NCBI GenBank assembly: GCA_903836945.1 | Contig: CAILSO010000003.1 | Span: 3,527 to 67,526 of the forward strand | Direction: 5' to 3' | DNA: 64,000 nucleotides | Origin: an uncultured Actinomycetes bacterium | GTDB taxonomy: Bacteria; Actinomycetota; Actinomycetes; Nanopelagicales; Nanopelagicaceae | In this document: positions 40,461-50,437 of the stretch, one piece after another | Position numbering within the stretch: position 1 is the first letter of the stretch | Layout: each line of letters opens with the position of its first letter | Made by a program: the position numbers and the translations under genes | The notes under the pieces: generated by a model | The model's input: only the letters and a program-made list of their open reading frames with translations | The model's database searches: none | What the model was told of the DNA's origin: nothing

Positions 40461-42461
40461 ATGTTCGAGCGGCAAAAAGTAATTCGTTACACCGTCTTCA
40501 CCGTCGGTATCGGATTCATTGTTGCCGTCCTTGGCTTTACCCTCGCCTTCTTTACAGTGAAAGTCCCAGATCCAAATGCCTTTGTTAATAGCCAATCCAC
40601 CATCATTCAATATGCCGATGGCTCTGAGTTAGGTCGACTAGGTTCGGAAAATCGCACGATTGTTACGTTGGCAAATATTCCACTTAGCGTTCGCCATGCA
40701 GTTATGGCGGCAGAAGACCGAAACTTTTATACCGAAAGCGCTATTAGTCCACTAGGTATTGCCCGCGCACTACTTAATGATCTACGCGGCGGTTCGCTGC
40801 AAGGTGGTTCAACGATCACCCAACAATATGCAAAGACCGCATTCTTAACTCAGCAACGAACAATTACGCGAAAAGTAAAAGAACTCGTAATTTCATTGAA
40901 GTTACAGAACATCATGTCGAAAGATCAGATCTTAGAAAATTACTTAAATACAATTTATTTTGGTCGCGGAAGTTATGGAATTGAAACCGCATCGGAAGTT
41001 TATTTCGGCCGCACGGTTGATCAATTAAATGTCTCCCAAGCAGCAGTGCTTGCCAGTATTTTGCGCTCGCCAGGTTATTACGACCCATCATATGGTGGTG
41101 GAAATATGAAGCGCCTGCAGGAACGTTGGCGTTATGTATTAGATGGAATGGTTAGCGCGCATTGGTTAAGTAAGCGAAGCGCAGATGCCGCCATCTTCCC
41201 AACACTTAAAGATCGGGTTCGCTCTGGAACTTTATCTGGACCAAAAGGTTATGTAGTTTCATGGGTTGTTCATGAATTAGGAAAACTTGGCTTCACTGAA
41301 GATCAATTGCAAACCGGTGGTTATGTAATTCGCACAACTTTGGAGAAGAAGAATCAAGAAGCAGCCGTTGATGCCGTTGATAAAGGAACTCCTAAAGGTG
41401 CGCCAGATAATTTAAGAATCGGCTTAGTCTCGATTCGTCCAGGAACTGGCGAGATTGTTGCAATGTATGGCGGACGTGATTATTTAGTTAGCCAATTAAA
41501 TAGTGCGACTCAAGGAATTACCCAAGCCGGCTCTAGTTTTAAGCCATTTGCTTTGGTTGCCGCGCTAGAACAAGGTATCCCACTCTCCTCAACTTGGAAT
41601 GGCGTCTCGCCACAAGTATTTGATGATGCTGGAAAACCATATCCAGTTTTCAATTATGGAAATGAACAATATAAAAATATTGATCTATTAACGGCGACCG
41701 CGCACTCTGTAAATACCATCTTCGTTCCACTTGGAATGAAGGCGGGCCCAGATAAAATTATTGATGTAGCTAGGCGTGCCGGTATCCCAACAACAGTAGC
41801 TATGATGCCAACTCCTTCAGTAACACTTGGTGTTGCTAGCCCCCATGTAATTGATCTGGCAGCTGCTTATGCCACTTTTGCCGCAAATGGAACTTATGCA
41901 AAACCATTTATCGTTAATGAAGTATTGGGCTCAAATAAAGGCGTTCTTTACCAATCTCAAATTCAAACGCAACAAGTCTTTCAACCAAATGTTATGGCTG
42001 ATTTAACTCATGCTTTGCAACAAGTAGTGGCCTACGGAACCGGAACCGGAGCCGCCGTTGGAATTCAACAACCAATCGCCGGTAAGACCGGAACCACAAC
42101 CGATAACGCATCTGCTTGGTTTAATGGTTACTCACCACAATTTGCAACCTCGATCGCACTCTTCCGCGATGATGCAACCCAATCGCTAAATGGAATCGGT
42201 GGCCTTAATTCGGTAACTGGTGGTTCCTTCCCAGCTCGCATTTGGAATCTTTATACTCGAACCGTCTTGAGTGGCCAACCAATTGTTCCATTCCCAGAAC
42301 CAGCAAATATTGGTGGAACAACGCCAGTTTCATATGCAACTGCGATTCCAACACTTGATCCAGCTCTTGCTGTTACCCCAACACCAAAGCCAGTTGCGAA
42401 ATATCCAACTGCTTCGCCTTCACCAACCAAAGCAGCTCCGACTAAAACAAAGAAGAAGTAA
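40461..42461 (+). CDS. ponA: Class A penicillin-binding protein (glycosyltransferase + transpeptidase)
   Basis: 666 aa with a signal anchor and GT51 motifs EDRNFY, GGSTITQQ and RKVKE. The transpeptidase motifs are SSFKP and KTGTT. The tail is Pro/Thr/Lys-rich. Confidence 0.93.
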   Translation: MFERQKVIRYTVFTVGIGFIVAVLGFTLAFFTVKVPDPNAFVNSQSTIIQYADGSELGRLGSENRTIVTLANIPLSVRHAVMAAEDRNFYTESAISPLGIARALLNDLRGGSLQGGSTITQQYAKTAFLTQQRTITRKVKELVISLKLQNIMSKDQILENYLNTIYFGRGSYGIETASEVYFGRTVDQLNVSQAAVLASILRSPGYYDPSYGGGNMKRLQERWRYVLDGMVSAHWLSKRSADAAIFPTLKDRVRSGTLSGPKGYVVSWVVHELGKLGFTEDQLQTGGYVIRTTLEKKNQEAAVDAVDKGTPKGAPDNLRIGLVSIRPGTGEIVAMYGGRDYLVSQLNSATQGITQAGSSFKPFALVAALEQGIPLSSTWNGVSPQVFDDAGKPYPVFNYGNEQYKNIDLLTATAHSVNTIFVPLGMKAGPDKIIDVARRAGIPTTVAMMPTPSVTLGVASPHVIDLAAAYATFAANGTYAKPFIVNEVLGSNKGVLYQSQIQTQQVFQPNVMADLTHALQQVVAYGTGTGAAVGIQQPIAGKTGTTTDNASAWFNGYSPQFATSIALFRDDATQSLNGIGGLNSVTGGSFPARIWNLYTRTVLSGQPIVPFPEPANIGGTTPVSYATAIPTLDPALAVTPTPKPVAKYPTASPSPTKAAPTKTKKK

Positions 42462-42464
42462 TAA

Positions 42465-43658
42465 GTGAAGCTCCTTGTAAAGAGCGCAATCTTTCTAAGT
42501 ATTCTCGCCGCCTTACTCTCCTTTGTGAAATTTGATCATTGCCGAAATTTTGGTTGGGGCGCACCACAAGATTATGTGCACGCCTGTTATTCAGATCTTC
42601 CGGCGCTCTTTAGCGATCGTGGATTGAATACACACACTTGGCCATATTCAAGTGCAACTAACGCGGTCGAATACCCACCACTAACTGGCCTTGTAATGTG
42701 GGCAACGTCCTTCGCAGTTAAACATAACTTTGATGAGTATCGAAGTTACTTCGATATCAATGCACTATTAATCGCACTTCTCTTAATTGGTTCGGTGATA
42801 ATTTTAAAGAGAGCTAAGCCAGAGTTCTGGTATCTCTTTCCACTTGCTCCGGCGGTTATCGCATCGTTATATATCAACTGGGATATGTGGGCGGTAATTA
42901 CGGCAATCGCGGCAATTTATTTATTTGATAAAGATAGATATCGGGAAAGCGCCCTCTTATTGGGAGTTTCAATTGCAACAAAATTTTTCCCAATAGTTTT
43001 ACTTTTACCAATCGCAATAATTCTCTGGCGAAGATCAGCCAAGACCGAGTTATTAAAATACCTACTGCTTTCAGTGGGCACCTGGTTGGCTATTAATTTG
43101 CCATTCATAATTACAACCCCAACCGGTTGGTTTAGATTCTTTAAATTAAATTCCACCAGAGGCGCAGATTGGGGATCAATTTGGCATGCTGCTGCAGTAT
43201 TTAATTTAACCGCACCCAAATTGAATTTGCTCTCCACACTTATATTTCTCATTGGGGCCATCGCATTTTTTATTTACTGCTTTACTTTAAAAAGTATTCC
43301 AACCCTTGGTCAGGTGGCCTTCTTTATCGTTGCAATATTTGTAACCGCATCCAAGGTCTACTCACCACAATATGTTTTATGGTTAACACCACTAGCAATC
43401 CTGGCCCTTAAAGATAAGAAAGATCGTGCAAGTTTTTGGATCTGGCAATTGGCAGAATTGATTTATCACTTTGCGATCTGGCAATACTTAGCCAGTTACA
43501 GTGGCGCCCACTTTGGAATTCCAGCAAAGGCATATGCCACCGCGGTACTGATTCGAGTAGCCGCATTGGCCTACTTCTCCATCCGACTTATGCGTAAATC
43601 CACACTGCCGATTGATCCCCAAGAGCACGAATTTCTCTTGTCAGCCGCCGCGGGTTAG
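42465..43658 (+). CDS. Polytopic membrane protein, GT87/DUF2029-like glycosyltransferase candidate
   Basis: 397 aa with many TM helices and a GTG start. It lies between ponA and rpsF, the same position as Rv0051 in Mycobacterium. The family assignment rests on position and topology only. Confidence 0.55.
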   Translation: MKLLVKSAIFLSILAALLSFVKFDHCRNFGWGAPQDYVHACYSDLPALFSDRGLNTHTWPYSSATNAVEYPPLTGLVMWATSFAVKHNFDEYRSYFDINALLIALLLIGSVIILKRAKPEFWYLFPLAPAVIASLYINWDMWAVITAIAAIYLFDKDRYRESALLLGVSIATKFFPIVLLLPIAIILWRRSAKTELLKYLLLSVGTWLAINLPFIITTPTGWFRFFKLNSTRGADWGSIWHAAAVFNLTAPKLNLLSTLIFLIGAIAFFIYCFTLKSIPTLGQVAFFIVAIFVTASKVYSPQYVLWLTPLAILALKDKKDRASFWIWQLAELIYHFAIWQYLASYSGAHFGIPAKAYATAVLIRVAALAYFSIRLMRKSTLPIDPQEHEFLLSAAAG

Positions 43659-43679
43659 GCTTAGCCTTCCTTCAATTAA

Positions 43680-43771
43680 GGCCACACCCGTGGTTTTGAT
43701 CAAAGGAGATTTAACCCTCCTGCCGCGGAAATACCGTGGCCGCTTTAGTCCAGAGGAGGTGGGGTTAACGC
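43680..43771 (+). promoter_or_regulatory. Possible structured rpsF leader (S6:S18-responsive type)
   Basis: TTAACCCTCC (43713-43722) can pair with GGAGGTGGGGTTAA (43755-43768), which would occlude the GGAGG Shine-Dalgarno. Inner hairpins include GGCCAC...GTGGCC. I folded this by eye only. Confidence 0.35.
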
Positions 43772-44056
43772 ATGCGTCATTATGAACTCATGGTCATTCT
43801 CGATCCTGAATTAGAAGAGCGCACAGTCGCACCAAGTCTTGAGACATATCTCAAGATCATCAAAGACAGTGGCGGAAAAGTAGACAAGCTCGATATTTGG
43901 GGCCGTCGCCGCATGACCTTCGAAATCAATAAGAAATCAGAAGGTATTTACGCTGTTGCAGATTTGCACTGTGGTCCAGAAGCGATCAAAGAACTTGACC
44001 GTCAACTGAATTTGAACGAAGCAGTGCTTCGTACCAAAGTCGTTCGTCCAGAATAA
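43772..44056 (+). CDS. rpsF: 30S ribosomal protein S6
   Basis: 94 aa starting [12 protein letters not shown], followed by ssb-rpsR-rplI. Confidence 0.96.
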   Translation: MRHYELMVILDPELEERTVAPSLETYLKIIKDSGGKVDKLDIWGRRRMTFEINKKSEGIYAVADLHCGPEAIKELDRQLNLNEAVLRTKVVRPE

Positions 44057-44092
44057 AACTAAAGCATCTAAAGTAGATAAGAGAGAAAAGAA

Positions 44093-44590
44093 ATGGCAGC
44101 TGGAGATACAACGATCACAATGATCGGAAACCTTGTAAACGATCCGGAATTGCGCTTCACACCATCTGGTGCTGCGGTTGCAAAATTCACGGTCGCTTCC
44201 ACTCCCCGTTACTTAGATAAGAACACAAATGAATGGAAGGATGGCGATAGCCTCTTCCTGCAATGCAATATTTGGCGTCAAGCAGCAGAGAACGTTGCCG
44301 AGTCACTTACTCGCGGAATGCGCGTAATTGTTTCTGGTCGTTTGAAGCAACGCTCATACGAAACCAAAGAAGGCGAAAAGCGCACTGTGTACGAAGTCGA
44401 AGTTGACGAAGTTGGTCCATCACTTCGAAATGCAACTGCAAAGGTCACCAAGACAACTCGTGCTGGTGGCACTTCAGGTGGCACATTCTCTACTCCTGCA
44501 TCAGAAGCTTCTGCTGAAGACCCATGGTCTGCAGCACCTGTTGGTGGTGGCTGGTCTTCAGCTGGCACCGACGATCAACCTCCGTTCTAA
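44093..44590 (+). CDS. ssb: Single-stranded DNA-binding protein
   Basis: 165 aa with an OB fold ([24 protein letters not shown]), a Gly-rich linker and the acidic tip DDQPPF. Confidence 0.96.
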   Translation: MAAGDTTITMIGNLVNDPELRFTPSGAAVAKFTVASTPRYLDKNTNEWKDGDSLFLQCNIWRQAAENVAESLTRGMRVIVSGRLKQRSYETKEGEKRTVYEVEVDEVGPSLRNATAKVTKTTRAGGTSGGTFSTPASEASAEDPWSAAPVGGGWSSAGTDDQPPF

Positions 44591-44648
44591 TTAACCAACC
44601 ATTCCTGAAAGTAAATACTTTTAGGGCATCCTAAAAAGGAGCACCAAA

Positions 44649-44936
44649 GTGGGCGCAAGAAATAACAAGACGCTGAAGCCGAAGCCAAAAGTCAGCAAGA
44701 TGTCGGCCGCAGCAATGAAGAAGTTTAAGAAGAAGCCATGTTCTTTCTGTCGCGATAAGGCAACTTATATCGACTACAAGGATATTAATCTTCTACGCAA
44801 GTACATCTCAGATCGCGGCAAGATCCGCGCTCGTCGAGTAACCGGTGCTTGCACCCAACATCAACGCCAGATTGCCGCCGCGGTTAAGAACTCCCGCGAA
44901 ATGGCACTTCTGCCTTACACCTCGACAGCACGCTAA
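44649..44936 (+). CDS. rpsR: 30S ribosomal protein S18
   Basis: GTG start 8 nt after AAGGAG, with the conserved core [32 protein letters not shown]. Confidence 0.93.
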   Translation: MGARNNKTLKPKPKVSKMSAAAMKKFKKKPCSFCRDKATYIDYKDINLLRKYISDRGKIRARRVTGACTQHQRQIAAAVKNSREMALLPYTSTAR

Positions 44937-44953
44937 GGATTGGTGAAATAAAA

Positions 44954-45403
44954 ATGAAACTCATCCTTACTCGTGAAGTTAATGGCCTAGGCCAAGCAGG
45001 CGATGTTGTAACTGTTAAAGATGGTTACGCACGTAATTTCCTTCTTCCACGTGGCCGTGCAATTGCATGGAGCCTCGGCGGCGAGAAGCAGATCGAAGGA
45101 ATCCGTCGCGCCAAGAGCGCTCGCGCAATCCGCGATCTAGATCATGCCAAGGAGATCAAGGCCACTCTTGAGAAGGCCGAAATCACTGTAAAGGCAAAGG
45201 TTGGCGCATCAGGCGTTCTATTCGGTTCTGTAACCGATAAGGACATCGTTGCTGCAATTAAGGTTGCAACCGGTCTAGATATCGATCGCCACAGCATCAA
45301 GCAAGATGGTGGACACATTAAGAAGGCTGGAAAGTACTCTGCGAAGATTTCACTTCACGGACAAACAACCGCCACAATTTCTGTGAACGTTGTCTCTGCT
45401 TAA
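44954..45403 (+). CDS. rplI: 50S ribosomal protein L9
   Basis: 149 aa starting MKLILTREVNGLGQAGDVVTVKDGYARNFLLPRG. Confidence 0.96.
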   Translation: MKLILTREVNGLGQAGDVVTVKDGYARNFLLPRGRAIAWSLGGEKQIEGIRRAKSARAIRDLDHAKEIKATLEKAEITVKAKVGASGVLFGSVTDKDIVAAIKVATGLDIDRHSIKQDGGHIKKAGKYSAKISLHGQTTATISVNVVSA

Positions 45404-45418
45404 TCAAGGCAGATTATT

Positions 45419-45456
45419 AAATAACCCGCCCCTCACCGGGCGGGTTATTTATTTTT
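45419..45456 (+). terminator. Rho-independent terminator after rplI
   Basis: Perfect 12-bp stem AAATAACCCGCC / GGCGGGTTATTT (45419-45430 with 45439-45450) and an 8-nt loop, followed by ATTTTT. The A-tract on the 5' side makes it potentially bidirectional. Confidence 0.85.
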
Positions 45457-45482
45457 AAAGATTAAATTTTTAAAGATTAAAT
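45453..45482. repeat. Perfect 15-bp tandem duplication TTTTAAAGATTAAAT x2
   Basis: The sequence at 45453-45467 is identical to that at 45468-45482. It lies in the AT-rich part of the rplI-dnaB spacer. Confidence 0.9.
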
Positions 45483-45519
45483 TGCTAAGTATTAAATAGT
45501 GAGATGCGAAAAAGTTTCT

Positions 45520-45624
45520 TTACCCACAAGGTTGCACGCTCAAACACGCTTAAATCTCAGAGTTACCCACACAAAATCAATACTTATCAACAGTTATTCA
45601 CAGCTTTCCCACATCTTTCCCACG
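45520..45624 (+). promoter_or_regulatory. Array of five co-oriented DnaA-box-like 9-mers upstream of dnaB
   Basis: The 9-mers are TTACCCACA 45520-45528, TTACCCACA 45563-45571, TTATTCACA 45594-45602, TTTCCCACA 45605-45613 and TTTCCCACG 45616-45624. Each differs from TTATCCACA at 1-2 positions. Confidence 0.5.
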
Positions 45625-45689
45625 ACTGGCCACACAACCAACTGCGACCGCGATAACCCTCTGTCGGTGGAGAGTGAGAGTATCTGCCC

Positions 45690-47102
45690 ATGAGCATCGC
45701 AGAACTTCCTGGCGCCAATAATCGGCGCAATCAGAGTTCTGCCGGCAATATTGAGTTCGAACGAACTCCACCACAAGATTTAGTTGCCGAACAAGGTGTA
45801 CTCGGTGGAATGCTCTTATCTAAAGAGGCAATCTCTGATGTTGTTGAAGTAATTAAAGATCGCGACTTCTATCGCCCAGCACATGAATTAATTTACGATG
45901 CAATTTTAGATTTATATGGTCGCGGCGAACCAGTAGACCCAGTAACCGTTGCATCTGAATTAACCAAGCGCGGTGATATTGCTCGCGCAGGCGGTGCACC
46001 GTATTTACACACACTTATCTCTTCAGTCCCAACCGCAGCTAATGCCGGTTACTACGCGCGAATTGTGCGCGATCACGCAATCATGCGCCGCTTGGTTGAA
46101 GCCGGAACAAAGATTGTACAAATCGGTTATTCGCAAGAGGGCGAGATCGATGATGCGGTTGATCAAGCACAAGCAGAGATCTACAACGTTACAGAACACC
46201 GTACCTCTGAAGATTACATTCAACTCTCAGAGTTACTTCCACAAGCCTTAGACGATATCGAAGCGATCTCAAATGGCGTTAAAGGTGAAGGCGTTAAATC
46301 TGGCTTCAAAGATTTAGATGCGCTAACAAATGGTTTCCATGCCGGAAATATGATTGTTCTCGCTGCTCGCCCTGCTGTTGGTAAATCAACGCTCGGCTTA
46401 GATATTGCACGTAACGCATCAATTCATAATGGTGATACCTCGGTTATCTTCTCACTTGAAATGAGCCGCTCTGAAATCACAATGCGTATGTTGTCGGCGG
46501 AAGCTCGCGTACCACTTAACAATATTCGTTCTGGCGCCCTCACTGATGAAGAGTGGGGCCGGTTAGCAAAGCGGATGGGCGAAATTTCGCAGGCTCCGCT
46601 ATTTATCGATGATTCACCGAACCTTTCACTTATGGAGATTCGGGCAAAGGCTAGACGTCTAAAGCAGCGTCACAATTTGAAGTTAATCATCATCGATTAC
46701 CTGCAGTTGATGACCGCCGGCAAGAAAGTCGAAAATCGTCAACAAGAAGTCTCTGAGTTCTCGCGTAATCTAAAGCTTCTTGCAAAAGAGCTAGATGTCC
46801 CAGTTATCGCGATCTCGCAGTTGAATCGTTCACCAGAACAACGCGCTGATAAGAAGCCGATGCTCTCCGACCTTCGTGAATCTGGTTCGATCGAACAAGA
46901 TGCTGACGTTGTAATCCTTCTTCACCGCGATGATATGTATGACAATGCCTCTCGTTCTGGCGAAGCAGATCTAATTGTTGCAAAGCACCGTAATGGCCAA
47001 ACTCGCACCATTACAGTCAGTGCGCAGCTTCACTTCTCAAGATTTACCGATATGGCTCCTAGTTACTCAAGCCAAGAGAATAGTTTTACGAAAGATAATT
47101 AA
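45690..47102 (+). CDS. dnaB: Replicative DNA helicase DnaB (no intein)
   Basis: 470 aa with the N-terminal PPQDLVAEQGVLGGML motif, Walker A ARPAVGKSTLGL, Walker B IIIDYLQLM and the RecA-like C-terminal domain. Confidence 0.97.
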   Translation: MSIAELPGANNRRNQSSAGNIEFERTPPQDLVAEQGVLGGMLLSKEAISDVVEVIKDRDFYRPAHELIYDAILDLYGRGEPVDPVTVASELTKRGDIARAGGAPYLHTLISSVPTAANAGYYARIVRDHAIMRRLVEAGTKIVQIGYSQEGEIDDAVDQAQAEIYNVTEHRTSEDYIQLSELLPQALDDIEAISNGVKGEGVKSGFKDLDALTNGFHAGNMIVLAARPAVGKSTLGLDIARNASIHNGDTSVIFSLEMSRSEITMRMLSAEARVPLNNIRSGALTDEEWGRLAKRMGEISQAPLFIDDSPNLSLMEIRAKARRLKQRHNLKLIIIDYLQLMTAGKKVENRQQEVSEFSRNLKLLAKELDVPVIAISQLNRSPEQRADKKPMLSDLRESGSIEQDADVVILLHRDDMYDNASRSGEADLIVAKHRNGQTRTITVSAQLHFSRFTDMAPSYSSQENSFTKDN

Positions 47103-47593
47103 TTGATCGGTGTTAGCGAACCATTGCTAACATCAAAGATTGCGCCCATCACCTTTATATCTTTTGCCAATAAGGGATAACTTTCAATACGTTGAATATC
47201 CTTTAACAAAGCGGTGCGCTGATCTTTCACAGTTCTAATTTCAATGCCGCGGGTATCTACGCCAGATTTCTCCATAATTGCCGCATGCATCTCAGCTTCA
47301 TCTGCTGAAGCCATTCGACAATCGGTATGTGGCATAACTAGAACACGATTCACACCAAGTAAATGTGTTGCCAAAACCAGGGTACGCAGAACATCCTCTG
47401 TGACGCGAGCTCCGGCGTTGCGAAGAATCTTGGCATCGCCAGCTTCCATGCCCACAATATGCAATGGGTCGATTCGAGAATCCATACATGTAACGATTGC
47501 TAAGCCTTTACGCGCCTGGCCGGTCAACCCTTGCGATTTAAAATCTGCAGAGTATTTCTTATTTGCATCAAGTAGATCTGCGAAATTCTCCAT
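47099..47593 (-). CDS. Beta-class carbonic anhydrase
   Basis: 164 aa with zinc ligand motifs CMDSR and HTDC. Confidence 0.85.
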   Translation of the reverse strand: MENFADLLDANKKYSADFKSQGLTGQARKGLAIVTCMDSRIDPLHIVGMEAGDAKILRNAGARVTEDVLRTLVLATHLLGVNRVLVMPHTDCRMASADEAEMHAAIMEKSGVDTRGIEIRTVKDQRTALLKDIQRIESYPLLAKDIKVMGAIFDVSNGSLTPIN

Positions 47594-47615
47594 AGCAAAA
47601 TTCTAACTTAATTAA

Positions 47616-48536
47616 TCAGGTATGCGATTTAGCTTTATCTGCCAGGTAGATGCCTACCAAGATGATGGCCGCGCCGATCAACTGCCAGGTAGTTAAGTTC
47701 TCCTGCAAGATGATCCAAGCAAAGATGCCGGCGAAGATCGGTTCGAGCATTCCGATTACGCTGGAGGTCGATGCGCTAAGTCCATGCAGACCACTTAGGA
47801 CAAAACCATACGGAACAACGGTGCCAAAGAAGATTACCCAGAGGATTAGGGCCCAGCCTGGAAATACCGCACCGGCAAAGCGGCCAACTAAGTGAACATG
47901 AGTATGGAAAATTGCGGTCGGATAACTCCAGATTGGTTGCACGATCAAGAAGAAGAGGGAAGAGACGCCCAGCCCCCAAACAAGAAGTGCTGGCCGCGGA
48001 TGGACCTTCAATAAACGCTCGCCAATTAAGAAGTAACCAGTCATTGCAAAGGCATCAATAATTGCGTAGATGACTCCCAAAGTATCAAGGGTGGTGCCCT
48101 TCCAAACTTGGGCCAGCAAGATCAATCCGATAAAGCCAATAGTTAAGCCCCACCACATTAATTTGGAGACTGGTTTTTTCAAGATAAATTTTAAGAAGAG
48201 TGAGATCCAAATAGGAGAAGTAAATTCGATAATCAAAGCGATACTTACATGAAGCCTTTGAATCGAAAGAAAATAAAATAAGTTAACCGCAGTAAATCCA
48301 ACCAACCCAAATGCGATCAACCAGGCGATCTCAGATTTGCTAGCGAGCAGACTCTTGCGACTGCGAAGCAAGACAAAGGTAAGTAGAACTAAGAAAGCAC
48401 CGATGGTTCGAATTTCAGTTAAGCGAGTTGCCGAAAGCAACTTGGTCTCCATAATTAACTTACTTGGAACTCCGTTAAAGGCGAAGAAGAGAGCGCCGCA
48501 AGCTAAAAATATTTCATGGCGGGCTTTGCTAAGCAT
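47616..48536 (-). CDS. EamA/DMT-family transporter
   Basis: 306 aa with ten hydrophobic helices arranged in two EamA-like halves. Confidence 0.75.
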   Translation of the reverse strand: MLSKARHEIFLACGALFFAFNGVPSKLIMETKLLSATRLTEIRTIGAFLVLLTFVLLRSRKSLLASKSEIAWLIAFGLVGFTAVNLFYFLSIQRLHVSIALIIEFTSPIWISLFLKFILKKPVSKLMWWGLTIGFIGLILLAQVWKGTTLDTLGVIYAIIDAFAMTGYFLIGERLLKVHPRPALLVWGLGVSSLFFLIVQPIWSYPTAIFHTHVHLVGRFAGAVFPGWALILWVIFFGTVVPYGFVLSGLHGLSASTSSVIGMLEPIFAGIFAWIILQENLTTWQLIGAAIILVGIYLADKAKSHT

Positions 48537-48551
48537 CCGCGAAGAATACCT

Positions 48552-50375
48552 CTAATAAGCGCTTTCTGGGATCTCCATTAACGCACCGCTCTCACTCTGC
48601 AGAATCTTTAATTCGGCGCGAATATGTGGCAGAACAGTTTGAATAAAGAATTTAGCTGCCGCAACTTTTCCAGTATAGAAATCGGAATCTTTACCAGCGT
48701 TTGGCATCTTTGAAAGTGCAACTTCGGCTTGGCGAAGAAGTAGCCAAGCAATGATTATTTCGCCAACCGACATAAGCAATCGAGTGGTATTCAGACCGGT
48801 CTTATAAATCTCTTCTGGCTTCTCTTGCGACTCCATAGCAAAGCCGACCATCGCACCCATCATGGAATTAACATCTTCTAGAGCCTTTGCAAGTGCCGCC
48901 TTCTCATCTTGAAGTTCGCCACCACTTGCACAAAATGAACCAATCTCTTTTCCAAGTAAACCAATTGCGCGCCCGCCATCTTTCACAATCTTGCGGAAGA
49001 AGAAATCAAGCCCTTGAATTGCAGTGGTTCCTTCATACAAGGTATCGATCTTGGCATCTCGAACATATTGTTCTAGCGGCCAATCTTGTGTAAAGCCACT
49101 TCCACCAAAGGTTTGAAGTGATTCAGTTCCAAGAAGAACCCAGGATTTTTCGCTGCCATATCCCTTAACAATTGGTAGTAAGAGATCGTTAAGCGCCTCT
49201 AGATCTTTAATCTTTGCATCGTCTTTCTCGGCAAGAGCAATTGCAATCGCATCTTGAATCGAAGCGGTGTAAAGAACAAGTGCTCGCATTCCCTCTGAGT
49301 AAGCCTTTTGCACCATCAAGGAGCGACGGACATCTGGATGATTAATGATGGTTACTCGTGGGCTTGCCTTATCGGAGGCCTTGGTTAGATCAGGTCCTTG
49401 CACGCGATCCTTTGCATACTTAAGTGCTTGTTGATATCCGGCGCTTAGGGTTGCAATTGCTTTGGTGCCAACCATCATTCTGGCAAATTCAATTACTTTA
49501 AACATTTGTGCAATTCCATTGTGAACATCGCCAAGTAAGTAACCAACAGCTGGTTCTTTCTCACCCAGGTTCATCTCACAAGTGGCAGAAACATTTAGCC
49601 CCATCTTATGCTCGACATTTGTCACATAGACACCATTTCGTTTGCCAAGCGCCCCGGTCTCTAGGTCAAACATAAACTTTGGAACCAGGAAGAGACTTAA
49701 CCCCTTAGTTCCTGGACCGGCACCTTCTGGTCTTGCTAAAACAAAGTGAATAATATTTTCATTTAGATTTGAATCGCCAGATGTAATAAATCGCTTCGTG
49801 CCGGTGATGTGCCAGGTGCCATCACTTTGCTGAACCGCCTTGCTTCGACCAGCTCCAACATCTGAACCGGCATCAGGTTCGGTTAATTGCATAGTCGCAC
49901 CCCAGTCTTTATCGACCATGTGCTTTGCAATTTTCTTCTGATCATCAGTGCCAAGTTGATAGGCAACTTGCGAGAAAGAAGTTCCGGAGGCGTAAATATG
50001 AATTGCTGGATTTGAACCTAAAACCATTTCCGCGATCGCCCACCGAATTGAAGGTGGAATTAAGGTGCCACCGATTTCAACCGGAGCGTCAATGCGCCAC
50101 CATTCGTTATCCATATAAGTGCGATATGACTTAACAAAACTTTCAGGAAGTGTTACATCGCCAGTTTCTTTATTGAAAACTGTTCCCTTGCGATCGCCCT
50201 CGATAAAACTCGCAGCTAAATCTTTTTCGGCCATACGTTTAACTTCTTCGAGCATGCCCATCGCGGTTTCGCGGTCGATCTCTTTATAGATTGATTTTCC
50301 TAATATGGATTCTCGCTCGAGGAGATCAAATAGGCAGAATTCGATATCGCGCAGGTTTGCTATGTAGTGGCCCAT
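48552..50375 (-). CDS. Long acyl-CoA dehydrogenase (FadE5-like)
   Basis: 607 aa with ACAD N-terminal, middle and C-terminal domains (QLTEPDAGSD, YEGTTAIQ) and a C-terminal extension. Confidence 0.85.
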   Translation of the reverse strand: MGHYIANLRDIEFCLFDLLERESILGKSIYKEIDRETAMGMLEEVKRMAEKDLAASFIEGDRKGTVFNKETGDVTLPESFVKSYRTYMDNEWWRIDAPVEIGGTLIPPSIRWAIAEMVLGSNPAIHIYASGTSFSQVAYQLGTDDQKKIAKHMVDKDWGATMQLTEPDAGSDVGAGRSKAVQQSDGTWHITGTKRFITSGDSNLNENIIHFVLARPEGAGPGTKGLSLFLVPKFMFDLETGALGKRNGVYVTNVEHKMGLNVSATCEMNLGEKEPAVGYLLGDVHNGIAQMFKVIEFARMMVGTKAIATLSAGYQQALKYAKDRVQGPDLTKASDKASPRVTIINHPDVRRSLMVQKAYSEGMRALVLYTASIQDAIAIALAEKDDAKIKDLEALNDLLLPIVKGYGSEKSWVLLGTESLQTFGGSGFTQDWPLEQYVRDAKIDTLYEGTTAIQGLDFFFRKIVKDGGRAIGLLGKEIGSFCASGGELQDEKAALAKALEDVNSMMGAMVGFAMESQEKPEEIYKTGLNTTRLLMSVGEIIIAWLLLRQAEVALSKMPNAGKDSDFYTGKVAAAKFFIQTVLPHIRAELKILQSESGALMEIPESAY

Positions 50376-50437
50376 GGCTCAATAATGCTACTGGTCAGTA
50401 ACTTAATCAAGCACGAGGGAAGCGATAGGGTCGGCTC

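Noticed and set aside
45499-45693. 64-aa plus-strand ORF in the rplI-dnaB spacer
   Set aside because: It has a GTG start without an SD and a composition unlike a protein. It reads straight through the DnaA-box-like array, so the region is better explained as regulatory DNA.
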